DNA from: Hemiscyllium ocellatum | Lineage: Eukaryota | Assembly: GCF_020745735.1 (NCBI RefSeq) | Contig: NC_083428.1 | Span: forward strand, 11,470,001 to 11,534,000 | Reading direction: 5' to 3' | Length of the DNA stretch: 64,000 nucleotides | Shown here: piece by piece, positions 1 through 12,877 of the stretch | Layout of the letters: each line of letters starts with the position of its first letter | Position numbering within the stretch: position 1 is the first letter of the stretch | Notes under the pieces: model-generated | Database searches by the model: none | Told to the model about the DNA's origin: nothing | The model's input: only the letters and a program-made list of their open reading frames with translations | Program-made: the position numbers and the translations under genes

Positions 1-51
1 TGAAACGTCTGAAAATGAACCTTCCAGCTCAGTGAACAACTTACATCCAGA
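1..51 (+). mobile_element. PLE terminal-repeat (pLTR) tail fragment, family C, cut by the window edge
   Basis: GAAACGTCTGAAAATGAACCTTCCAGCTCAG matches the sequence that follows the hammerhead in the GIY-YIG-linked copy at 20431-20480. Confidence 0.75.
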
Positions 52-485
52 TCTGAAGGTGGATAGGTCACACAGACCAGATGGCAACATCCCAGGATTC
101 TGAAGGAGATAGCTGAGGAGATTGTAGAGGCATTGATGGGTGATCTTTCAAGAATCACTGGAGTCATGGAGGGTCTTAGAGGACTGGAAACTGGCTAAAG
201 TAACATCACTGTTTAAGAAGGGGAGGCAGAGGAAAGGAAACAGTAGCCTGTGAGCCTGACCATGGTCATTTGTAAGATTTTAAAGTCCACTATGAAAGAT
301 GAGATTGCAAGTACTTGGAAGTGCATGATAAATAAGACAGAGTCAGCATGGCTTTGTCAAGGGGAGCTTGACAAACCTGTTGGAATTCTTTGAAGAGGAG
401 GACTTACACAGTTAATAGTCAGGCACCGGGGACTGTTGCCGAACTAAGAGATGTAAGGGTGCGGGTGCACAGTTCCTGGAAAGTG
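52..485 (+). mobile_element. CR1 LINE ORF2 fragment (RT N-terminal part), decayed
   Basis: Frameshifted translation gives HPRILKEIAEEI, EDWKLAKVT.LFKKG, SQHGFVKG and LTNLLEFFEE, typical of CR1 RT. Confidence 0.85.
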
Positions 486-1000
486 CATCTTCCTCATATC
501 ACCTCTAAACCTTCTGCCTCTTACCTTAAATCTAGGCCCCCTTGTCATTGATCCCACCTTCAAGGGGAAAAGTTTCTTCCTGCCCAACCTATTTATGTCA
601 ACCCACCATCATTTTATACATCTCAATCGTGTACTCTGCCAACTTCCTCTACTGTAAGAAAAACAACTCTAGTCTGTCCAATTTCTCTTCATAACTGAAA
701 CTCTCCAGCCATCCTGGGAAATGTCCTCTGTGCCCTCTCCAATGCTATCACATCCCACCTGTAATGTGGATTCTGGAACTGTACACAATACTCTGTTTGT
801 ACAGTTTCTTCATAAAATCCCTGCTCATAAACTCATGTCTGAGGTAGTAAAGGAAATATATTATATGCCGCCTTAACCATGTTATCCACCTGCCCTGACA
901 CTTTAAAGGACCGGTGTACATGCACACCAATGTCCCTCCCATCCTGGGTGCTTTTCAGGTTCTTGTCATTCATCAGGACTTCCCCTGCCTTGTCTGCCCT
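486..1000 (-). mobile_element. CR1 LINE 3' ORF2 region, decayed
   Basis: Reverse complement resembles the CR1 3' ORF2 seen at 22600-23050. Confidence 0.7.
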
Positions 1001-1099
1001 TGTTTAACATGCCCATCTCTGAAAATCAGGTGAATTTTCTTTGTCATTTGGGGAGATAATTATACCTTTGTTACATTAAAACAGGAAGAGGCATTACTC

Positions 1100-1660
1100 A
1101 GTTGGCAGCACTGTCACTTCTGAATCAGATTTTTGTATGGGATCGAGTGCCACCTCGTGTCTTGACCACAAAAATCTAAGCTGCTCCTCCAGTGCAGTAA
1201 TGCAAGAGTGCTACACTTTTGCAAGTGCCACCTTTCAGATCAGAAATTAAACTGAAGTCTTCCCTACGCTTTCCGGTAAACATTAAAAAAATCCTATCGG
1301 AATGGTCTGTCCCATGTTCCAGTAAAAAGTGAGGTCCGCAGATGCTGGAGATCAGAGCTGAAAATGTGTTGCTGGTTAAAGCACAGCAGGTCAGGCAGCA
1401 TCCAAGGAACAGGAAATTCGACGTTTCGGGCAAAAGCCCTTCATTTTGCCCGAAACGTCGAATTTCCTGTTCCTTGGATGCTGCCTGACCTGCTGTGCTG
1501 TCCCATGTTCCAGCCTATTTGTCCCTCAAACTACAATACAACAGACTGTCTGATAATTATCATCTTGTGGCTGCCCGTGAGGTTTGCTTTGTGTAAACTG
1601 GTTGCTGTCTCTCTGACATTACAACAGTGACAATGCTTTACAAATAATTCATTGTATTTT
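1100..1660 (+). mobile_element. Deu-domain SINE (SacSINE1/AmnSINE-like), interrupted by a PLE palindrome
   Basis: tRNA-like head, CCAGTGCAGTA...TTTCAGAT.AGA..TTAAAC and tail CATTACAACAGTGAC; similar copies at 4990, 18170 and 35965. Confidence 0.65.
1323..1497. mobile_element. Palindromic PLE-derived unit, family A, with truncated hammerhead motifs at the axis
   Basis: Identical inverted arms meeting at CTTCAT|TTTGCCCGAAACGTC; perfect 16-bp TSD CTGTCCCATGTTCCAG at 1307-1322 and 1498-1513. Confidence 0.9.
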
Positions 1661-2260
1661 TTTTATTTGATCATGCAATGCGGAGTGCACCTGGTAAGAC
1701 TTGCATATATTACCATTCTTAATCGTCTGATAGGCAGTTAAGAGTCAACTGCATTGTTGTGGGTTTGGAGTCATGTATGAGCCAGACCAGGTAAGGAGGG
1801 CAGATTTCCTTCCCTAAAGTGAACCATAAAGGTTTTTACAATAATCGATACTGGTTACCTGGTCACATCAGGCTTGCTTTTTTATTAGCGAGTTTCGAGA
1901 AGATTTGTAGCTCAGGTTGAGGTTCTGGATGTACGTTTGCTTGCTGAGCTGGAAGGTTTGTTTTCAGATGTTTCGTCACCATACTAGGTAATATCATCAG
2001 TGAACCTTTCTAATGAAGCAATAGTGGCATGGCCCACTTTCTATTAGAAAGCAGACCATGCCACTAGTGCTTCATCCAGAGGCTCACCGATGATGTTACC
2101 TAGTATGGTGACAAAACGTCTGAAAACGAACCTTGCCTTTTTATTTTTATTGAACGCAAATTTCACCATGATTAAGATTCAAGCCCACATTCTCAGAACA
2201 TTAGCCTGGGTTCCGGATTGTTAGTCCACCGAAATGACCATTATGGCACTACCTCCCCTT
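1655..2260 (-). mobile_element. tRNA-headed SINE (label S2) with LINE-B-like tail, interrupted by a PLE unit
   Basis: Minus-strand head AGTGCCATAATGG...GGCTTGAATC and body AGGGAAGGAAATCTGCC; several similar copies in the window. Confidence 0.7.
1887..2131. mobile_element. Palindromic PLE-derived unit, family C, hammerhead motif on each arm
   Basis: Inverted arms about an axis near 2045; minus-strand TCA-CTGATGA-TATTACC-TAGTAT-GGTGAC-GAAA-CATC-TGA at 1964-2003; 14-bp TSD CTTGCYTTTTTATT at 1873-1886 and 2132-2145. Confidence 0.85.
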
Positions 2261-3189
2261 TTAGTATGTCTTGCAGCACTCTGAGGTTACGAGAAACATT
2301 TTTTTTATGCAGGCGTCCCCTTTGCTTAGGAACTGTTTATGAATATTAGGAAATGTGATGATGTATTTTAAAATGATTAGCTTGTTGGAGTCAGGAAAGG
2401 AAAAGGAGATGAAGTTTAGTTATTAAGCCACCATTGCAGTCAAAATAAAAGTATCCGTCTATAATTGGATTGTCTCTTGTTTCTCTTCCACTCATGCTCA
2501 TATCACATAAACCAATAACTATTTATAAATAAAAGAAATGGGCAATATAAGGACTGAAAGGTCAAACCCAATGTAATTATGACATATTGAAAAATTATCT
2601 CTTAATGGTCGAAAGATAGGGGGTATTTAATTTGTAGAGCTCTGCTCCACACTGAGTTGCTTTAAAAAATGAAGCAAATTTTAAATAAAAATAGAAAGAG
2701 AGGACTAGAAATGAAAAAAAAACTAAAATTCAAAGTAGACAAAAACAGAGTCTAAAAGGATTCATTGCTGATTAGATGGCCTGGAAAAAACTAAAATCCA
2801 GAATTAGAATTGTTAGAGATAGATTTTGTTTTCTGCCAAAATTCAAACTATCTGCGATGAGTCACAAGTTAAGAATGATTTTATGGGTTGATATAATATT
2901 GGAATGTAATCTGTTATTATTTAGTTCAATATTATTACAGCAATTGCACTGTCTTAAATATTTTTACATTCAGTGATTTATTGAGGAAATGCAGCTTAAA
3001 AAACTGCAGATGTTTGACTACAATTTGGAATCGTAAAGTCCGCCAAGAGGGAAACAAAAGTGCAAGCATTTCCATGAAGTAGACCAGCCACCACATCATT
3101 ATGAACTTTCCCCACATTACCGTCAGAACCATTTTTTTTCCTGTCTGAATTTGTTGAACTCAAGGTTGAACTTGACATCTTTTGGAGCC

Positions 3190-3520
3190 CTCACCTTGTG
3201 TGGAATATGGGCATTATTGGCAAAGGAAGCATTTGCTCTTCATGAATAACTTGGCTTTACAGGACATTTCAGAGGGTCATTAACAGTAAACTTCACTGCT
3301 GAGGGACAGACCAGATCATGATAGCACATCTCATTCCCTAAAAGACATCAGTGAACTTCATGGGTTTTTACAACATGGTCACTATTAGACCAGCTTCTAA
3401 TTTCAAATTTTTATTGTATTCAAATTTCACCATCTGCCATTTTGAGACATGAATCCACATTCCCCAGAATAATTTTTGGATTATTAATCTCATGACTCAT
3501 TTTCCTTTTCCACTTGGCAA
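3190..3520 (-). mobile_element. tRNA-headed SINE S2, decayed
   Basis: Similar to 1655-2260 (CAAATTTCACCATCTGCC, GACATCAGTGAAC). Confidence 0.65.
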
Positions 3521-3739
3521 CAATCTGTAAACTCAAACTTAACATCAACTAATCATTAATTCTTCATCTACCTTGTTTCCAATTCCTCAGTACAGTTTTG
3601 ACCCTTCATCTAAAGATGATGAATAATCACAGGAAAAATTGCCTGTGATTCCCCACAATTTGATTCCCTGCCAACAGTTTCCTGAGTCTCCCAGGGCATA
3701 AGTCTCTATTGTTCAACCCTGACCAGTTGCATCCCACAT

Positions 3740-4020
3740 GGCGGCTTAGGCACTGCATGGAGTTATCCCATGACTCAGCGGAACAGATAGGGTCCCAAGT
3801 TGCATTCCTGATAAGTGCCAATGCTGTTGATCTCAGCAAAAACGGAGGTTAATATACAACATCTGGCTTAAGGCTTTACATGTTTTGGAAGTGATAGAGA
3901 GAAAAAACACACTGTGCTTGAACCTCAATGGTTCTCTGGAAATGGTATTGCATATTGATACAGGGTGGGAGTAGTGTCTGGCTCGGTTCCAATGATCAAT
4001 TAGCTTCCCCATACTCAGAA
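3740..4020 (+). mobile_element. Old SINE resembling LF-SINE
   Basis: GGTCCCAAGTT...GTTGATCTCAGC...TGGCTCGG...TAGCTTCCCCATACTCA resembles the recalled LF-SINE consensus; highly diverged. Confidence 0.4.
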
Positions 4021-4667
4021 GATCCCAGAATCAGAGTTGAAAATTCCACAATAGAATGCCAAAGGCTAGTTTGGTGATTGATGGCTGAGTTTGGAGTCTC
4101 ATTGTTTTCAATGAAAAACATTCAGCTCGATAATAGCATACCAGTGACGGCAAACTCTGAGAAAGATTTATAACTGATGTGAATCCCATGGAAGGGCTCA
4201 GGATCATTGGCACAAAAGTCTGCCTAATCATCAGGAAGTTGGCTGCCAGCACATTCTTCAGTGGTCTTTTATAGATGTTTAGATAGCAGTGGCAGTCCTG
4301 GCTAAGTGACATTACACATATGTGGACTATCACCTTTGATCATGCTAGGGTGGTAAAATAGTAATCACTAACCACAATATAAAGAGAAGTGGAAGGTAAG
4401 TTGTAATCTCATTGAGAGGTTTGTGTTATGTCATAAATTACATGAGCAAAGCACAAGTGATTTATTACTTGTCATCCAAACCCTGAAATTAATACACAGC
4501 CTACAAATCATTCTATGTTACATCTTAAGTACATATTGTTCATTATAAATGGCGATAGGTTTAGACTTGAATGCAGGTGACTCACTGTCTTACTGCAAGA
4601 TGATGTTCGTAGTATTGACAGAAGACCAATGTTGCAAAAAGAAATTTGTTTTGCAATTTTACATTCT

Positions 4668-4985
4668 TAGAGCCATAGAGTCATACAGCACAGAAACAGT
4701 CCACGCCAAAAGTAATCCCAAACTAAACTAGTCCCACCTGCCTGCTCCTGGCCCATATTCTGCTGAACAATTCCAATTTATGCACTTACCCAAACAGCTT
4801 TTAAACATTGTAATCATACACATCCACCAGTTTCTCAGTAAGTTGTTTCCACATACAAACTACCCATTGTGTAAAAAATTTGCCCTTGTATCTTTTTTTC
4901 AAACTCTCTCCTCTCACTTAAAAATGTGACCCCCTAGTCTTGAAATCCCTCATCCAAGGGAAAAATCAACTCCCATTAACCCTCT
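4668..4985 (-). mobile_element. HER1/CR1 LINE 3' end
   Basis: Reverse complement ends CTGTGCTGTATGACTCTATGGCTCTA, the CR1/HER1 tail repeat. Confidence 0.85.
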
Positions 4986-4989
4986 TTTA

Positions 4990-5660
4990 AAACAAGAACA
5001 AAATTTCATTTATATAGTGTTTTTCACTACTTTACGGGATCCCAAACTATTTTCCAGCTAATACTAGTAATTTTTGAGTATAGTCACTGTTGTAATGTAA
5101 GAAATGCAACAGTCAATTTACACACAGCGAGCTCACACAAACAAGCACCAAATAATTCATTTTAGTCAAGATAGCTGAAGAGTAAATATTGATCAGGATG
5201 CTATGGAGAACTCTTTTTTTAAATCTTTGTTAAGAAATCTTTTACAACCACTGAGGGTATAGAGGAGGCCTCAGTAAAATCGAAAAAAGCAGTACCTTCA
5301 ACAGTGCAGATTCTGGATCAGTGGTGCTGGAAGAGCACAGCAGTTCAGGCAGTATCCAACGAGCAGCGAAATCGACGTTTCAGGCAAAAGCATTCCTGAT
5401 GATGGGCTTTTGCCCGAAGTGTTGATTTCGCTGCTCATTGGATGCTGCCTGAACTGCTGTGCTCTTCCAGCACCACTGATCCAGAATCTCGTTTCCAGCA
5501 TCTGCAGTCATTGTTTTTACCTTCAACAGTGCAGCACATCCTCAGTCACACACTGGAGTCAGCCTAGATTTTCTCACCAGGTCTCTGGAGTGGAGACCTA
5601 CAAATTTCTAATTTAAAAGTGATAGTGTTATAATGGATCACAACATTTCACTGGTGTGCA
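4990..5660 (-). mobile_element. Deu-domain SINE, interrupted by a PLE palindrome
   Basis: AGTCACTGTTGTAATGTAAGAAATGCAAC tail and CAGTGCAGCAC...CACTGGAGTCAGCCTAGAT body. Confidence 0.7.
5310..5517. mobile_element. Palindromic PLE-derived unit, family A
   Basis: Inverted arms of about 80 bp; plus arm ATTCCTGATGATGGGCTTTTGCCCGAAG (GAAA mutated); direct repeat TACCTTCAACAGTGCAG at 5293-5309 and 5518-5534. Confidence 0.9.
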
Positions 5661-5721
5661 GTCCTGTGTGAGCCATTAATCCTTCAACATTTCACTTCAG
5701 CATTAATTCTTGATTTGCAAA

Positions 5722-6175
5722 TAAGATTTACAAGGATGTTACCAAGGGTGGAAGGTTTGAGCTATAGGGAATGGCTGCATAGACTGGGACTTTTCCCCTG
5801 GAGTGAAGGAGGCTGATGGGTGACTTTATAGGGGTTTATAAGATCAAGAGGGGCATAGATAAGGTGAATAACCAAAGTCTTTTCCCCAGGATAGGGAAGT
5901 CCAAAATAAAAGGCATAGATTTAAGGTGAGAGGGAAAAGATTTAAAAGGGATCTGAGAGTCAGCTTTTTCACACAGAGGGTGGTGTGTATAACAGGGTAA
6001 GTGATAGAGTTGGATACAATTTCAATACTTCAGACATTTGGACAGATACATGGACAGGAAAAGTTTAGAATGCTATGCGCCATATGCAAGCAAATGGGAC
6101 TAGTTTAGTTTAGGATATCTGGTCAGAATGGATGAGATGGGCCAAAGGGTCTACTTCAATGCTGTATGACTCTTT
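5722..6175 (+). mobile_element. HER1/CR1 LINE 3' end
   Basis: AGATTTACAAGGATGTT (RFTRML), TTTTTCACACAGAGGGTGG and tail GCTGTATGACTCT. Confidence 0.9.
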
Positions 6176-9100
6176 GATGCAAGGGACCACGAATAGGGGC
6201 AGCTTGTAAAGATTGCAAAAAGCATCATTATCAGTCCCTGATCATGGCCTCTGGTTGAGCACACATTCTTCCAGCACAACCGCTCAAGAATAATTTGAGG
6301 AGGGATCCTTGCAGAATTTCCCCTTCTCTATTTCCTGTCCTCTTAAAATATCTCTATCATTAACAAAAACATCACTGGGCTAAAGCATTACAGTTAATTT
6401 ATCGGGGTAACTTGCAGCGGATTACTAAGAAAGTCTCTCACCAGTGCAAATTTTATAGAGGATATGTCAAGGCCAGCCAGATAAATAGCTGCCGAGTGAA
6501 GATCAGATAACTCACAGGCAGAGAAACTGCAAGTGAGTAATGGTCAGCCTCACAAGTGAAGATATTTATCACATCTTACTGGCGCCCATAATGTGATACC
6601 ATATATTGGAAATAGAATTCTAAAATAAATATGTAACTTTTATGCATGAAATATATATATTCACCATGCATGTATGAGGAGGGCTTAAATGTGGAGGGAG
6701 AGAACTGCCTCCAGACTAAGTTATTGCACAGTTCAGAGAAAAATAGATTGATGATTTTGGTACACTTTGTGTCAAGGGAATTTTCCTCTATGCCGCAATA
6801 CAGTATCCTGCAGTTCACGCAGCTTGAGATCAGATGACCTTGGTCAAGCTCTGAGATCCGGGTTGCGCTTTGAGGTCAGACAGAAAGTAATGTTGTGTAC
6901 ACAGTCTGTTTGCTGACTTCCTAATGGGGGTTATACCTAGACCACAGTAGAAAGCTGCCTCTCCAGTTGTCTCTCTCTGCTAAGCTTAAAAAGTATCCAG
7001 AATATGTTATTTAAATTAAACTTTGAAAGTTGGCTTTGCGTCCAGCGCAAAACTAAGGGCTCCTGTAGGACCACCTGCTAGAGGTGGTATCACATATTTC
7101 ACTGAAGAGGCTATGCTGGCCAACACCTCAAGTAACATGGGTTGGACTGCCGTAAATGCTTCACCTCAATGATAACATGTGGCAGCAAGGTGAATTGACT
7201 TGGCATTTGCTTGGAGTTTTTGGAATGAGTTGAACCACCAAGGGTTTTCACACAGCACGTGGTGTCAAAGTTTCTAAATGTGGCTTTCTGTTATTTCACA
7301 TGACATTTGGCATTTCATCATTTATTCAAAAACACATTTCCCAGTCACCGTAAAACCATTTCTGCTTCGAGCACGGCAGAGGCGACAGTATAACTCTGAA
7401 ATCAGAGAGGTCATGTCTGAATGCAAACAGGAATAGTTTGAATTCCATTGGTTACTGTGTCCCACCTGGGCTTACCATCACATATGACTTCCCCGTGCAG
7501 TCATAGACAGCTGGTGTCAAAGTTAGCCCTTATTTTAATGTGGAGTTTCAAAGATGTCTTTTGAATCTCTTGCTCACTGTATAAAGTCTTTGAGAAACTG
7601 ATAATCCCATGAGTGCTCCTAATATATTTACAGTTTATCAGCTGGGAACTGAGTACTTACTTGTGCTTTAAGTAGTCATGCGTAGAATTACCTCACAGCC
7701 TCAAGACTCAGATTCACAGTCACACATTCATAGTGTTAACAAGGAGCTACAATTGCAAGTCTAAGCTCCTGCAAGATTGGTCAAACAACCGTATAACTGC
7801 AGTCTAGTCCAATTTGCTGTATTTGTATCCTTCTGTGTACCACAATAACTCGCATTTATGTAGTTCCTATGTATGTTATATAGTTATGCAGCACAGTAAA
7901 ATGTTCCCAAGATACATCACCTAAGTGTAATAGCACAACAATGGATATAAAGGTGGAATTATTCGTGCAAGTTCAACATTGTTAACTCTCTGAATGAGCT
8001 GTTCGATTCGTCCCACTTCTCCATAGCCCCAAAAATCTTTTCCCTTGTCAACTAATGGTGAACCCAAAGTAATGCTCCATTACATTATACCCACTAGAAC
8101 ATTTCTCTATGTTTAGCCTGTTATATGCTTCATGGTGCAAAAGGTCTCCTGCAGCAGTAATGGAGAGCAAGTCTTCTGCTCTTCCTACTGTCCCTTACCA
8201 CTCCAGCGATTATGCTTAAATTTAATAACGCTGCAGTATGCAGCAATTACCCAACTTGGAAAATAGATTTAAATATTAATAATAAATAAACTCATTGGAT
8301 AACTAATGGCTTAAATGCCAAAGTATATGACATCATTAATATTAAACAGTTAAGGATTACTTCATAATTTGTTTGTAATCACAAGGCTTGGTGTGCAAGA
8401 TCTCTTAGCAGCCAAAGGTTAGAAAAAGGAATTTAAAACAATGGTTTATTTTTAAATATATGACAGCAAAAATGTGAAATCCAATGAGAATGGCTAAGGC
8501 ATGACAGGCATACTTTCAGGGAGTGAAATTAAAATTTTGCATGACATAGTGTTGAAAGGATTCAGTTGCAGAGTGTGGCCCCTTCAATAAGTGGTACTAA
8601 AATGAAAAGAACTCTTCTAGAGTTCAGAATTCAGCAAGGACATCCTTCAGCACAATGGAGAAAATGCAAGGTATTGCAGAAAGCACACTGGTGATAGATT
8701 CTGATGACATTTATAATGTATTAATAACCATGCTATTTATAATACAAACAGACTTACTTGGGAACAAATATTTTACAATTGTATTATCAGGAAACTCAAG
8801 TTTTACATTTCCTTTATGCATCTTTCATGGAAATGAGCATTTGCACAAATCTTTCATTTAGCCCAGAATGTCATATGAAGGGCAGACTCGCCTTTACCCA
8901 GCAATACACTAAAGTTGAAAGGAGGTCATTTGGCCCAATTAGTCTGTGCTACTATTTACCCCTCTACTTTTGGTTAACACCTCAGTTCAAACAGGAGAGA
9001 AGAAATAAGAAAACACATCTCCATTAAGTGGATTGCAAGCTTGGAGTTTGAAAGGGTGTAGGCTGGAGATATCGAAGGAGCAAAGAACCCTACAGTTTTG

Positions 9101-9849
9101 AGACATTCAGCAAGGCCATGTTAGGGGAGATCACACTGAGAGGCTAGGGAGAAGAGGAAGTGCTTTTCGGGTAGATACATTTGGAATGAATTGCTAAACA
9201 CCATATAATGTATTTGAGTAGTGACACTGCAAATTTTCAACACAGTTTGACAATCAGTCATCAGGTAATGGAATGAATTCTGTATCTCAGTCCTTTGCGA
9301 TTTTAATTTACCAATAAGAAACCAGGACTAAAATCAAGTGAAAAAAACAAGTCCCATAAATTTGATATTCCATTTACCAAAAGCTAGTCTGAGTGATTCT
9401 AGGAGTAATTTAATCGTTTAAACAATGAGAGGTTTTCTGCTTCTCTGTTTAAGAGATGAAATGAATTCCTTGACAAGATTATTGTTTTGTAATCACTCCA
9501 GCTCTCTGATATTTCCACACAATATATAGAGACACTGAAATTCACAACGTCTTAAATCAGAAATAGTAATTAAATCTTGATGTGATCTTGTGAAGGATTA
9601 AATTGATATTTACTTCCCTTATTTAATGATTTATTTGACAATGTTAGATATCAAGTGGATTGTGCCTCCTTGTGGCCATATTCGGTCATAACATGAAGGA
9701 GGGACCTTCTCGCTCTACAGACATTGGCCCCTTGCCTGGGGTGACCTTTATGACTCGTGATACATTTGCACACTGAGCCATGAGAAAAATGGGAATGTGA
9801 CCTTATTTATCTTTCATGACCTCAGAGCCACTAAATTAATGTTTGGTGT

Positions 9850-10080
9850 GCAAGCATTGTTGTTCTTGGAGGCAAACACAACAGCCAAATATTACATACA
9901 GCAAACATCCACAAACAGCAAGAGAGACAAAAGGCTAGTTATTCTCTTTTTGAATGAGGGATGAATGTTAGCCGGGACTCCCACAGAACTGCTTGTTCTT
10001 ATTCAAATACCATCAGTGAATCAGATGGGACTGGATTTATTCTTTAGTTCAATAGCTTTCCCAGTAGTGTAACATACAAT
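9850..10080 (-). mobile_element. Deu-domain SINE remnant
   Basis: CAGCCAAAT...ACAGCAAACATCCACAAACAGCAA resembles the reversed Deu-SINE body. Confidence 0.5.
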
Positions 10081-10344
10081 TGGACTCTCAGAGCAGAGAA
10101 AGGGGCAATTTGCTACATTGTGCCTACATTTGCCAGTTCTTTGAAAGTATTATCCAATTAGTCTTGCTCAAATTGTCCCTGAATTCTCTTTTCAAGTATT
10201 TATCCAGTTCCTTTTTTGAGTTCTATCATTGAATCGACCTTGACCAGTCTTGTTACGCAGCACAAACCTGATCATAACAACTGTGTAAATATACCTCCTC
10301 CAGCCACTTATTTTGAAAGTTTCTTTCTAGTACAGCAATATGTG

Positions 10345-10530
10345 CACACACAAAGTCACCATAGTCCCACTCCCTCATTGGGGAGAGAGGCAACTGATGA
10401 GCATCACTGTGCCTCAGGTGAGGTTGAGAAGGTGGAACCTCATGGTAACCTCAGCCAAGAGCAGGAATTGAACATGCTTTGTTGAGATTAACTTCAACAC
10501 AAGCCAACTATCCAGCTAAATGAGCCAGCC
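10345..10530 (-). mobile_element. tRNA-derived SINE, possibly UCON3-related
   Basis: Minus-strand GTTCAATTCCTGCTCTTGGCTGAGGTTACCATGA...GGGACTATGGTGACTT; related piece at 15865-16000. Confidence 0.5.
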
Positions 10531-10734
10531 AATCCCTTAGTACTGTAATAAACTAAGAGTGAAAGTCAAGGGTTACTGTCACAACTTTCTAACTTGGTGG
10601 CAAGAATGTCATCAGCTGACTATCAATGAAGAAAAAATGTTCATATTTATATAAAAAGACATTTTCATTTTGATAAATCAAAGTAAATGGCTAGCTTTTC
10701 AAATGTACAGGCTAGGAATACTGCAGTGAATAAC

Positions 10735-11500
10735 TCATCTCCTGACTCCACAAAGCCTGTCCACCATCGACAAGACATAAGTCAGGTGTGTGATGGAATA
10801 TTCCCCCCTTGCCTGGATGGGCACAGCTTTAACAACAATCAAGGAGCTTGACACCTTCCGCTGGACTGGCACCACATCCGCAGACATCCATTCCCTCCAC
10901 CACCGACACTCAGCAACAGCAGCATGTAACATCTACAAGTTGGGCTGCAGACGTTCACCAAAGATCATTAGACAGCACCTTCCAAACCCACAACCACTTC
11001 CATTGAGAAGGACAAGAGCAGCAGATACATAGGAACACCACTACTTTCAAGTTTCTCTCCAAAATGGCTCATCATCCTTACTTGGAAATATATTGCAGTT
11101 CTTTCACTGTCACTGAGTCAAAATCCTGGAATTGTAGACATTGTAGATCAACCTACAGCACATGGACTGCAGCGGTTCAAGAAGGCAGCTCATCTCCACT
11201 TTCTCAAGAACAACTAAGAATGGGCAATAAATGCTGGCCAAGATTAGAGTGGTGCTGGAAAAGCACAGCAGGGCAGGCACCATCTGAGGAGCAGGAAAAA
11301 TCAACGTTTCGGGCAAAAGCCCTTGCTGATGAAGGGCTTTTGCCCGAAATGTCGATTTTCTTGCTCCTTGGATGCTGCCTGACCTGCTGTGCTTTTCCAG
11401 CACCACTCTAATCTTGACTCTAATCTCCAGCATCTGCAGTACCCAATTTCCTCTAATAAATGCCGGCCAGCCAGCAATATCCACATCCCACAAACGAGGA
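10735..11500 (+). mobile_element. CR1/L2-group LINE (label LINE-B) 3' end
   Basis: YK..VR.VMEYSPLAWM motif; tail GACTGCAGCGGTTCAAGAAGGCAGCTCA...GGGCAATAAATGCTGGCC. Confidence 0.85.
11241..11454. mobile_element. Palindromic PLE-derived unit, family A, intact hammerhead core on + strand
   Basis: CTGATGA-A-GGGC-TTTT-GCCC-GAAA-TGTC at 11326-11353; 15-bp TSD AATAAATGCYGGCCA at 11226-11240 and 11455-11469. Confidence 0.9.
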
Positions 11501-12024
11501 TCTTCAACTGGGACCAGAGAAATAGTCATTGGAAAAAGAGGATATGTAATTACAGTGAATGTTATAATGAGGTTCTGCTACTTGTGCTAAATAAACTGCA
11601 GTAAGTACCAGAGAAGGAGCTGTTTAGGTTCTGTCCAAATGGATCTACTTAACAGCCTGGCTGACTTGTTCGTCTTCACTATGTTATATAAATCAACAGG
11701 AGTACAAGACATGCCTTTATATTCTGAGTGCTTATAAGTAGAAAATATATTTACACACCTGAATTATGGTATTTAAAAGAAAATAATTCTTTATTATTGA
11801 ACAGTTATGAGAGCAGGAGTCCGTAGGGATCGGTAAGAGAAAATTCTGGCTTTCATTAGACAAAGGAAGGGAAAAGAGAGCCAAGGGAGCACTTTTGGTC
11901 CCAATCACTGCCTCAATGTTTATGTAAAAAAAATCTTAATTTAGAAATGTATTCCCTACCATTTAAAAAGAAATTCTCCCATTTCCCCTTCTCCGAAAGT
12001 GGCCAGAACTATTAGTTGCAAGAG

Positions 12025-12810
12025 CTGTGGATTCAAATTCCACCTTGGTAATTGAACAATTTGAATTCTTTTGTTTTAAATCTGGAAACAAAAATGTGGT
12101 ACCAGTAAAATTGACGAGGAAATGTCAGAACATTGCAAAAACCAAACTGGTTCACTCTTGTCCTTTAGGGGAAAAAAAAACTGCTGCCCTTGCCCAGTCT
12201 GAGCTTAAAAGTGACTCCAGTCCCTCACTAACATGATTGCCTGGGCTGGTCAGTTTTAGTTATGGCAGCAGATTAGATAGACTGAGTTGTTTCTCTTGGA
12301 ACAGAGGAGACGGAGAGGGGGACATGGTTGAGATGTATAAAATTGAGGAACACAGACAGGATAGACAGGAAGCAACTTTTCCCCTTGGTAGAGGGTTCAA
12401 TGGTCAGGGGACTGTAGCTTTAAGGTAAGGGTCAGGAGGTTTAGAGGGGATGTGAGGAAAACATTTTTCACTTAGAATATTGTGAGAATCTGGAACTCAC
12501 TTCCACTGAGTATAATAGAGACAGAAACCCTCTGAACAATTAAATATTTAGATGTACACTTGCAGAGCCAAGGCATGCAAGACAATGGGCCAAATGTTGT
12601 CAATGGGGTTAGAATTATTAGGTGGTTGTTTTGACTGGTGGAGACCTGATGAGTTGAAGAGCCTTTTTCTATGCTGTAGATCGCCATGACTCTATGATTC
12701 TATGACTCCTAATTTTCTTGTGAAGTGACCTAGCAAATTACTGGGCTATATGAAACCAGGACAATAATTGCTCACTGACATCTACATCCAAAGAATGAAT
12801 TATTCAACTA
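12025..12810 (+). mobile_element. SINE S2 split by a CR1 insertion
   Basis: GGTTCACT...TCCTTTAGGG...GTGACTCCAG body that resumes after 12710. Confidence 0.6.
12238..12708 (+). mobile_element. CR1 LINE 3' end
   Basis: RLDRL...GD..E.YKI remnant; tail ATGACTCTATGATTCTATGACTC. Confidence 0.85.
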
Positions 12811-12877
12811 ATAAAATTCTCAGTGTATGAGTGCTCCACACAAGGACTTTTGTGCTACCCTGGTAACACCCCTACTA

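Noticed and set aside
1364-1630. Recurrent short ORFs with MLPDLLCFSST / CWKSTAGQAA peptides as a small-protein family
   Set aside because: They are translations of the family A repeat in varying frames and strands
2935-3178. Overlapping minus-strand ORFs as an exon
   Set aside because: No recognisable domain and no convincing splice boundaries
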